Shown: in pieces, positions 24,663 to 34,990 of the stretch
Position numbering within the stretch: position 1 is the stretch's first letter
How the letters are laid out: every line of letters starts with the position of its first letter
Origin: Eledone cirrhosa
Taxonomy: Eukaryota
Direction of reading: 5' to 3'
DNA: 64,000 nucleotides
NCBI GenBank assembly: GCA_964016885.1
Contig: OZ024741.1
Span: 153,822,001 to 153,886,000 of the forward strand
Notes under the pieces: model-generated
Told to the model about the DNA's origin: nothing
Seen by the model: the letters and a program-made list of their open reading frames with translations, nothing else
The model's database searches: none
Position numbers and translations under genes: made by a program

Positions 24663-25246
24663 AAAGGAGTACTCAATACCAAAGTAGAGTTTTAAGGTTC
24701 ATTATTATTAAAGCTAAGGGCAGTGGATTGGCAGTATCGGTAAAGGGTCGGACGCCATGCTTTGAGTTATGGCCCTTGCCATTCTGAGTTCAAATCCCGC
24801 CGAGGTTAACTTTGCGTTTCATCCTTACGGAGTCGATAAAATAAAGTACCAGTAATACACTGGGGTAATAGCTGGCCTTGTGCCAAAAGTAGAAACAATT
24901 ATTATTAAAGCTAAAAAGTGAGTCTTGTTACTCTGGAGTTTTGCCTGTTTAGGTTTAGATGAAACTCCAGAGTAACAAGACTCACTTTTTAGCTTTAATA
25001 TTAATTGTTTCTACTTTTGGCACAACGCCAGCAATTACCCAGTACATTACTGGTACTTTATTTTATCGACCCCGTAAGGATGAAAGGCAAAGTTAACCTC
25101 GGCGCGATTTGAACTCAGAATGGCAAGGGGCATAACTCTATGCATCGAAGCATAGTGTCCGACCCTCTACCGACACTGCCAATCCACCTTTTCAGCTTTA
25201 ATAATAATGAACATTAAAAGTCTATTTTGGTATTGAGTACTCCTTT
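24663..25246. repeat. ~580-bp palindrome with a family-A SINE in each arm
   Basis: Arms 24663-24941 and 24962-25246 are reverse complements separated by a 20-nt spacer. Confidence 0.9.
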
Positions 25247-25286
25247 ATATATATATATATACACACACACAGAGATATTTATATAT

Positions 25287-25831
25287 ATCATCATCATCGT
25301 TTAACGTCCATCTTCCACGCTTGCATGGGTTTGGACGGGAGTTTTCCCACCTGAGGCAAGAGTGGTTGTCTTGCTCGCATAGGATTCTCTGGCGGGTTTT
25401 CTATGGCTGGATGCCCTTCCTAACACCAACCATGTTTACAGTGTGGACTGGGAGGTTTTTACCATGTTGCCTACACGGCCACATTACAGCGTGGACTGTG
25501 TTTTTTTGTCATGACACCTACACGACCTCATTTGTTTCGGACTGGATGTTGTGGTACCAACATAACTTTACATTGAAAGGGGTGGTGTGGTTGGGGTGGG
25601 GGTAGTGGGACGGGGGTGTATTTTTGTTAGAGGAGCCTACTGACTGTGGTAGGTTTCACTTTGTACTTAGGTAAGGCGGGTCTTCTGTATTACTGTGTAG
25701 CGCCAACGATCTCGGTCCAGTGACATTGTCTTGGAGAGGTGTAAGTGTGTGAGGTCGGAATTTATCAAGTCGTCCCAGGTTTTTCTGGGTCTGCCTACTC
25801 CGTGGCTACTGTCTATTTTTATTGCCCTGCA
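25287..25831 (-). mobile_element. 3' fragment of the same RTE family as 18335-21680
   Basis: High similarity to 18345-18866; reads [27 protein letters not shown]. Confidence 0.92.
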
Positions 25832-25859
25832 TATATATATATATATATATATATACACA

Positions 25860-25944
<85 letters not shown>

Positions 25945-25984
25945 TATATATATACACACATGCACACGCATATATATATATATA

Positions 25985-28162
25985 TAGTGGCGTAGCTAGG
26001 GTGTGGCAAGCAGGGCACATGCCACGGGCGCCATATTTAGGGGGGAGGGGCGCAATTTTGACCTAGATCGATTTACATCCATGTCGTTTTTATCATTTTT
26101 AAAAATATAAGCCAAAAATGAAGCATGTGATTTCTTGATAGCCGACTTCCACGCCATGGTTTAGTGCACTAGACAGAGCAGATGTCTGATTTGACTTCAC
26201 AAAAACGCCCCCTCCTCCACACTGACAGCAGGGTGGGTTGCAATTATGCGGGCGCTATTTTTAGCTATACATTGCAAAACAGCGGATACCTCAATTGACC
26301 TCACAAAACCTCCCGGCCCCCACTGACTGAAGGGACGTAGTTTTGGACGGGCAACTGGTGGACACGCAGGCACTATTTTTAGCAATGCATTGCAATGACC
26401 AATACAATATAATTATAATTATGAAGCTGGTTTACAAAGCAGAGTAGTTTGTCTTTTACAACTGGTACATAAGACGTATAGAAAAGATATCATAATCCAA
26501 ATGGCCAGATAGGATCGGATAGCTTCTATTAGGAATTCAATTTGACTCCAGTTTAGATGGTTCAATGTTTTCTTCTATAATACAGTTCATCAGAATTTAC
26601 TAAATCGTATCCAAAAAGCAAGATACTATGGTCTGCTGATTGATTCGACCCCTGACCAGGCGAGAACAACTGTCAAAAGTTGTGCGATATGTCGATGTTG
26701 ATTTCAATATGAAGACGGTCATTGTGAGGGAATCTTTTCTTGGATTCATTCAAGTAATCAAAAAAGATGTCGCAAGCCTTGTTGAAACAATCGTGAAAGA
26801 GCTAGAAAAAGATGACCTACCACTGCAGAACTGTCGATCGCAGTGCTACGACAATGCTGCCATAATGGCTGGGCACCGCAGTGGGGTTTAGCAGAGAATG
26901 AGAGAGAAGAATAATTTGATTCACTTCATTAATTGCGATAACCATTCACTTAATCTGGTTGGTCTTCATGCAGCCAAAAACGATTCTGCTATGATGAACT
27001 TTTTCAGTTGCATTGACTCGTTATACAACTTTTTTTCTCATTCAACACGACGATGGGAAGCCCTTAAAGAAGTTGCTCCAGTGGTTGTTAAATATCCTTC
27101 CGACACGCGGTGGAGTGCTAGATGTACCGCAGTCAGACCGGTGGCGAATTATTTGACGCTGATTGTTCAAGTTCTCAAAAAAATTAGTGATGATGAAACA
27201 GAGACATGCGAGAGTAGAAGTGATGCCAATAATCTCCATAATCGGATACTGAGTTATGAATTCCTGAACTTGATTGGATTCTGGAACACGATTCTCTCAC
27301 GAATTGACCGGGTTCAAAAGAGACTTCAAGATCCAAGAATGAATTTTCACGATGCTGCCCTTCAACTTTATTTTAAAGAAGAAGGAACATCCTTAATCCA
27401 CGAGTCTCTTGAAATGGGCTTCGACCTCTGCCAGAAATGGAATGTCGATTTTCCGAGGAGGCGAGGAAGACGACAAACCAATACCGAAATTACTGAGGGC
27501 GTCGAGGTGGCTGCCAGAAAAGAGATAGAGAGAGCAATGCAAAGTTCACTCAATCGTCTTCAAACAGAAATGGAAGAACGGTTTATTCGACTTAAGGAAA
27601 CCGACTCAAGTTTTGGCTTTCTTCTTGATGTCAACTATCTGTTTTATTTGGCTGCTCCTGATAACCTTGTCCTTAAACAAAGGTGCAACAGTCTTGCAGA
27701 ACTATACAACTCCGACATCAAAGGAGAGCAATTGTATGAGGAAATCTTGGACTGCCGAGGCACTTCTCCAATTCATCATACAATACGGCGATGAATGTGT
27801 TTTTCCCAATTTGCGAATCAGCATTCAAATAATGTTGACGATTTCTATTTCAATTGCCAGTTACGAGAGGTCGTTCAGCAAGCTGAAGCTAATACATTCG
27901 TATTTGCGAACCTCAATGGGCCAACAACGGCTGACTGACCTCGCCCTTTTGAGTGTAGAAATCGAAGAGTTTGAACGAACTGATTTCGAGGAAATTATCA
28001 ACCAGTTTGCATCATTTAAAGCCTGAAAAATCAAGTTGTAACCGTTTTTTGTTTTTTTATTATAAATTCTACCGCAATTTCGTCTTTGTGGATCTTTACT
28101 TTTTGATGGGGGGGGGGGGGGGATGCTTGCCCTGGGCGCCGTTTACCCTAGCTACGCCACTG
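25985..28162 (+). mobile_element. hAT-superfamily DNA transposon (ZMYM1/DUF4371-type), internally deleted
   Basis: 18-bp TIRs tagtggcgtagctagggt / accctagctacgccactg, with tatatata on both flanks (consistent with an 8-bp TSD). Confidence 0.92.
26500..28026 (+). pseudogene. hAT transposase pseudogene
   Basis: LIDSTPD, EQLSKVVRYV, ESFLGF, QCYDNAAIMAG, CDNHSLNL, TRW, and the dimerisation motif FPNL...ERSFSKLKLIHSYLRTSMGQQRL. Broken by a stop and frameshifts. Confidence 0.9.
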
Positions 28163-28465
28163 TATATATATATATATATATATGTGTGAGAGTGTGTGTA
28201 TGTGTTTACTATTTCGTACGTATGTATATGTGCTTTTGTGTGTATTACTTACCACGCGTGTCTGTCCTGTTAGCTGGGGCATGTATCGCTGTCAAAAATT
28301 TGTTAATATATATTTATATATTTTTTTCTTATATTTATTTGCGTGTGTTAATATGTAGTGGAGTGCATTCATGTATGTGTATGTATGTACGTTGTATGTT
28401 TGTGTGAATGTATGTATGTGTGTGTATATATATATGTGTGTGTGTATGTGTATGCTTGTACACAC

Positions 28466-28559
<94 letters not shown>

Positions 28560-28592
28560 ATATGTACATGTGTATATATATGTGTGTGTGTA

Positions 28593-28670
<78 letters not shown>

Positions 28671-28845
28671 AATATATGTATGTGTGTATATATGTGTATG
28701 TGTGTGTAGGTGTACGCTCTTTATATATATATATATATATATATGTGTATATGTATATGTGTATGCGTGCATTTATATATATGTGTATATATGTATGTGT
28801 GTGTAAGTATGCTTTTGTGTTTTTTTGTGTGTGTTTGCATGTGTA
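28163..28845. repeat. Long compound (TG)n/(TA)n microsatellite
   Basis: Read directly from the sequence; explains the low-complexity ORFs here. Confidence 0.93.
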
Positions 28846-29106
28846 GTTTTATTTTATTTTTCCTTTCCTTCTCCCTTTTCCAGCCTCACTTTCATATAGA
28901 TTGCATTTTTGTTTTTAGAATCCATATTCAATAAACAAACCAGGATTTTTCATTCTGAGGATTGAAAGCAAAACCTTTTGCTTTTAAGAAACCACTGGTA
29001 AATGGAATAATTGCCTTATGTTGTTTATTACATAATAATAATAATTAAGCTCTGTTGCATACATAGAGGACTCTTTTTTCCTGGACTTTTCCGATGGAAT
29101 TACTTC

Positions 29107-29146
<40 letters not shown>

Positions 29147-29444
29147 TATATATATATGTATATGTATATGTGTGTGTGTGTGTGTAAAGTTTGTATATAG
29201 AATAATATACGATATGTTTATGAATAAACATTTGAAAGCCTTTAGCTATATATATATAAAATTGACAATATATGCCTAGGTAGTTTCCTTAGGCTATACA
29301 TGTACAGTTATCATGTATAAGTTATTTATATCTGTATCATTTGCCACATACATACCTAATTAACATTGAATGGCTATGCACACACACACACACACACATA
29401 TATATGTGTGTGTGTGTTTGTGTATATACATATATATACATATA

Positions 29445-30320
29445 TCATCATTATCATTCTTTAATGTCTTTTTTTCCATACTTGCACGGGTTAGACGGGT
29501 TGTCACGTTATGAGACAAGTCAGGTCCAGAAACTATGACATGCTTGTATGGACTTGTATTCAGGTTTTGTTTCTACAACGGGATGCCCTTCCTAATGCCA
29601 ACCATGTTGTTGTGTGGACTGGGTGTTTTTTATTGTGGTGATGAAATTACCACCTTATAGGGTAGGTTAGGTGCTTTTTGTCATGTCACCAGCATGATCA
29701 CCTTGCAGGATGGACTGATTGCTTTTGTTGTTACAGCACTGGATCATTATACAGGGTGGTTTAGTGCTTTTTGTCATGGCAACAGAGTAGATGTAAAGTG
29801 CATTCAGCTTTCATGCTGGTATGCATGGGTTGAGCAGGCAAGGTGTATCAGAGGTAAGGGATTGGAGAGGGGTGGGGACAAATAAGCAAGTTTGACAACG
29901 ACGAGGTGCTTGGGATATTTAACTGGTGAGAGCAGGGTATTAAGACTGGGGAAGGGTGAAGAGAAGATTGGTGCAGACTAGTGTGTTCTCTACCTGTTTG
30001 TTTCATTTCATTTTGTGCACATGGGAAGGTGGGTCTTCTGTAGATCTCGATCCTGTGTCATCCCCTTTGTGGGGTTTAATTGGACAATTTTCCTAGGTCT
30101 TCCACTTCTGACTTTGAATGCCCTGCACCTTTATATACAGCTGTCATCCTCCATATGCATCTCATGTCCAAACCATCACATTCTTCTCTCCCATACACTG
30201 TATCTGACCCCTCTTATACCTAGTTTATCTCTCAGTTCATTGATACTTTGTCATTCACATACACTAGTATTATACATCGATGGGAGCATGCATTTCTTTC
30301 CAATTTCTCATTTCTTTCCA
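29445..30320 (-). mobile_element. Old RTE 3' fragment
   Basis: RTE 3' UTR motifs (ggatgcccttcctaatgccaacc) and decayed C-terminal coding sequence (WFGHEMHMEDDSCI). Confidence 0.7.
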
Positions 30321-30581
30321 ATTTTTGTAGGTCCTGAGGATACTGAGATAATGTAACTACATACAAGAAACAAAACAACAAAAAAGCTTTGATTGAAACA
30401 AATACAAGAAAAACTGAGTGCTACACAGTTGTACATATAAGTAATGCTGTGGAGAAAGGAAACAATGATTGCCATTTGAAGATGGTCCTTGAACTGAAAG
30501 ACTATAGATTGGAGAGAGAGAGAGCACATGTGGCTGAGTCAAGAAAAAATATCTCTCCATTATTTCTATTTATGTAATATT

Positions 30582-30624
30582 ATGATGATGATGATAATGG
30601 TGATGGTGCAGATGATGGTGGTGG

Positions 30625-30668
<44 letters not shown>
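30582..30668. repeat. (GAT)n/(GGT)n microsatellite
   Basis: Read directly from the sequence. Confidence 0.9.
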
Positions 30669-30954
30669 TTAAGAGTGTTGGTGTAATAGTGAACGATAAA
30701 TCACTGAAACAGATAAATAATTTAAGGTATCACAGTTCAGAGTTCAGATACTGTCTTAATCTTTCCACTTTAACTAAATTGATAAAGTAAATCTATTTTC
30801 TATCCTTGATATTAATTTGTTAATGGAGATTGATTAAAATTCACAGTTCCTGTGTCAGAGAAATATGTGTTTTTTTATTCTGTGATGCAGCATTTGAACT
30901 CAAAGCATTTCCCCTACTCTCTAATGGTCTGCCAAATATATAGAGTTTAAGCAT

Positions 30955-31200
30955 AACTGTTCCAAGCCCAGAGATGCATCAGGCCTGTTTCATTGGCTTT
31001 AAGCATCTAGGAGTACAAGGCTTCTCTCTAGACAGGATGCCAGTCAATTGTAGAATTAACACCCAGTTACTACTAGCATTCATTTCCAGCTGAATGACCT
31101 GGGGAATGTTTTGCTTAAGGACATGGTGAAACACATGATCCAAGAATCAAACTCACAACATTACAATTGTAAGTCCAAGACCCTAACCACTAGGCCACAT
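30955..31200 (-). mobile_element. tRNA-derived SINE (family C)
   Basis: Collinear with 11490-11730; head gtggcctagtggttaggg on the minus strand. Confidence 0.65.
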
Positions 31201-31537
31201 GCATAACAGACCAATAAGTTATAAGCAGAAAACAGCTTGTCTTCCCTTGCAAACACTAGAAATCTAAATCAGATCAATATAACTATCTACTACAATTAAA
31301 GCTAAAGTTAACATATTTAACATAAGTTTAACATAAATATTTAACATAAGTTAACATATTTAACTTAAGCCAAAATCTCGATTGGAGAGAATTTAAGCTA
31401 GACAAACTAAAATAAGTCAGTTTCACTCATATAAGGTCCCCGACTGCAGTTTCTAGAATTAAGAAACAACATCAATTATCTCACTATATTTGTTAATCCT
31501 TAATTGTTAAGTTTATTTTTTTATACTTTTAAAGATA

Positions 31538-31630
31538 CCCTCTGATGAAAGAATTGTCTTCCAATATTGCTTGTGTTAATTTATTAAGATGGTCAATATT
31601 GTTTCTTTATTCCAGAAACTGCAGTTAGGG
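31538..31630 (+). ncRNA. Type I hammerhead ribozyme motif (probably decayed)
   Basis: ccct-CTGATGA-[aagaat...attcca]-GAAAC-tgca-GTT-aggg: stem I ccct/aggg and palindromic stem III loop TGCA. The base of stem II is mismatched. Confidence 0.6.
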
Positions 31631-32080
31631 ATTAGATGCGAGTGAAGCTCTCTTGGATTAGTTAGCTTTACTAGTACTCTACCTGATAGAGACTTAGCAT
31701 AAGTTATTCTATGTTTATATATATATAAACATAGAATAACTTATATAATGATAAAGAATAAGGCAGTATTCTGGAATCTTACATAATTTTATTAATTACA
31801 TTATTGTTGTTATACTTATTTCAATACCATCAATTAAGTAATTGATATGGCCTCATCAGACAGGTAGTATGTTATTTTTTATACTGAAAAACCTCTGTCC
31901 TAATTAAACCTGTATGATTACATCACAGACTAGAAAATATAGTACGTTGAGTGCTAAAATCTGCTTACACAATTATTAGTTGATCAATACATATAACTGA
32001 AAAACAATCACACATTGACGAACATGAATGGACCAAATATCCAAATAAATATATAAATAAACAAATATATATATATATAT

Positions 32081-32415
32081 ATATAACATAATAAATGGAG
32101 AATCAGTGGTGCGAAGAATAAGATTTATTAGACATATTACAATCGTTTCTCTGGTGACCAGCTCGAGGCACGATCGATGTAATGATCGAACCTGACTCTG
32201 AAATCGCAAGATCCTCATATATGTCTCGATTCTACGAAATGTCTTGATTCTATGAAGCTTCGTAGAGTCGAGACATATCTGAGGATCTTGTGATTTCAGA
32301 GTCAGGTTTGATTATTGCATCGATCATGTCTCGAGCTGATCGCCAGAGAAACGATTGTAATATGTCTAATAAATCTTATTCGTCGCACCACTGATTCTCC
32401 GTTTCTTATGTGATA
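32081..32415. repeat. ~335-bp palindrome carrying two head-to-head hammerhead motifs
   Basis: The arms are reverse complements around aagctt (32255-32260). There is an 18-bp tandem duplication at 32221-32256. Confidence 0.9.
32272..32366 (+). ncRNA. Type I hammerhead ribozyme
   Basis: gacatat-CTGAGGA-tct...aga-GAAAC-gatt-GTA-atatgtc: perfect 7-bp stem I, intact core, long stem II, minimal stem III, GUA cleavage triplet. Confidence 0.75.
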
Positions 32416-33126
32416 TTATACTCTGCTCTGTAAGAGCCTCGCGTGCTCAAACGGCATACCGCTTACGGACGCTTTAAGCATCCCACACCAATTATATATA
32501 TATATATATCAAGATAAATTAACGGAGCCATAGACTCTCGTTATTCCCTGTAAATTATGTGCTCAAGGGAAAATGAATCCTGAGCTTGCTTCCATTTCAG
32601 TTAATAATTTCTTGGCGAAACAGATCTCTTTGGATATGTACGTGTGTGTTATATAGTTATAGCGGTGCGTATGCGTATTTTAATTTATATTTTTAATTAT
32701 TGTGTGTCTACCCTGCCTTCCATAGGTTATAGATTCCATACACTGGTGGTTTCCCTGTTTTATTGATGGCACACAATCTATCTCTCTCTCTTTAATGTGT
32801 TACCCTTTCTACATATTGTATATATATATATATATATATAGTAATAATAATAAATTTGAAGACTAAAATCTAAAGAGGGCTCGATAAGGATAAATATATA
32901 TCAGATATATAAGAACCATAGAGCAAATATTTATAAAAGTAACAGATTAAAGTTTAAGCAAAGAATCGCTGCTTTCACCCTTAGCGGGATCTTCTGAAAC
33001 TAAAAAAGTCAATCTGTGAACGCAGAAGTAAATATTTCAAAAAACGTTGCAACTGAAGGAAGACAGGAAGACGATACTTTGGTTTGTGGAAACGTTCCCT
33101 TGCAAAGAGCGGAAAAAAACGAAGAT

Positions 33127-33190
<64 letters not shown>

Positions 33191-33497
33191 TTATATATAT
33201 ATATATGTAATGTGAAAGGTCAGAATCTTTTCTCTACTGAATTCTACTTCTGGAAGATAAGCATCAGCAAATGTCTTTTGAGAGTTCTACACAAGTCTTG
33301 GCAGAGAGATACATTAATGTGTTAACAGGAAAAACAACACCTGGTCCTTTACGAAGAACTGGAACAGTGACTTGGTTCTTGGGCATATGGATGTTTGTAA
33401 GTATGTAGGTGTGTTTGTGTGTGTGTTTCTGTGTATGCAGGGAAACATTAAATTATTATACACCTCTCTCTCTCTACACACACACACAAATATATAC

Positions 33498-33533
<36 letters not shown>

Positions 33534-34364
33534 TGTGTGTGTGCATGTGTGTTTTATATATATATGCATATACAAAATCATATATAATGGAATTTTCCAC
33601 CAAGAATAATATATAAGCATCTATTTCTTTGATCAACTGTACGACCTACTTATTGAAGTAACATGCAAAGTAGTTGAGTATTCCACAGACATATGCACCC
33701 TCAGTGTAATTCTTATGCAGAATCAGCTTTACAATATGTGACAAAGCTGCATCTTTGAATTACAGATACAATCTATCTTGCAAGATTCCACATTTCTTCT
33801 ATCTACCCAGTTGCTCTTACAAGGTTGGGTTAACCTGAGAGTATAGTGAAAGACATTTGCCCTGCTGTGGTCCTAAACCCAGGGCCTTATGATTGTGGCA
33901 CAAACAATTGAACCACTTGGTTGATGCCTCTGTATATACACACTCATGCATACATACACATGCCTGCATACACATACATACATATACATTCAGGTATATA
34001 TAAATCATCTATATCTAGTTTTCTTAGCGCCAAGACAACAATTGCTAGGTTTACTCTTAGGTAAGAATTTCTGCAGTAGTCTCACTAAAAAGAGGACATT
34101 AGTGATACCTTGCTCAGGTACAAACCTGAATTGCATTTCAACTTAGTTAAATTTCTTTCTAATTAGTTGTACTATGACATTGTCTATCACCTTCATAACT
34201 TGGTTTATCAATTTAATGTCTCTATAGTTGCTTCTTATTTTCTTTTTTTTTTACTGAAAACATATACTTTATTTTATATACACATATATACCCCAGGTCT
34301 GAACACAAAAGAACCAAAGTCCCACTGTCACCACCTCCATCTCTCCCACTCTCCACATCTCTTA

Positions 34365-34492
34365 CTATTGTGAGCAAATGGGGGCCCACATTCTGGTCGT
34401 CCCGCAGCCCCGGAGGACAGAATGGAAAAGGCGTTTCTCCGGAGGATGGTGAGGGAGACGCGCTGGAAGAACCATCTGCGGCTTCTTTCTAG
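34365..34492 (-). mobile_element. 3' tip of a CRE-like (RLE) non-LTR element
   Basis: FFQRVSLTILRRNA matches the CRE-type C-terminal motif FQRxSxxxxRGNA. The segment is a GC-rich island. Confidence 0.5.
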
Positions 34493-34990
34493 ACCATCTC
34501 CTTTGCCCTTGCAGTAGTTAATAATAATGATGATGATGATGATGCTATACCAATAATTGAAATAACACCTCCCTGCACTACTTGATTGATTATGGGAGTG
34601 ACTAGCATGCATGTCCTCTGCTGAATATTTTCAGCATCTCTGCAATTATCATTGATAGTCCAGCTGCTTTCTCTTCATTTCATATTAATTCCAATTTTAA
34701 ACATATAGCTGTAAACTTCAATATCTGATCCCTCTGTTACACCTACCTGGAGTAGTTCTTTCTCCTATGCATTCACTATATTCTGCTATATCTGTCTCAT
34801 AATAACATTTCATACCCATTCATCTTGATACAAGTAATAGTAAGTGTTTCTCTGTCATTCTGTACACACTTTTCAACACCAAGGTCCTTCCTTGTATTAA
34901 CACTGTTTTACAATCTGGATCTCATTATATCCCTTGCTAAAAAGTCTTGACAGACCTTCAGCACTTTTTCTGCCCAAGGCAGATAGCTTG
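34493..34990 (-). mobile_element. Decayed RTE internal fragment abutting the satellite
   Basis: With frameshifts it reads QIVKQC..DLGVEKCVQND...KCYYE...EKAAGLSMIIAEMLK...IINQVVQGG...NYCKGKGDGLER, collinear with the intact RTE ORF. Confidence 0.8.

Noticed and set aside
28123-29538. Many overlapping YI/CV/HT-rich ORFs (also at 6.4, 22.4, 25.7 and 33 kb)
   Set aside because: Dinucleotide repeats lack stop codons; these are not genes.
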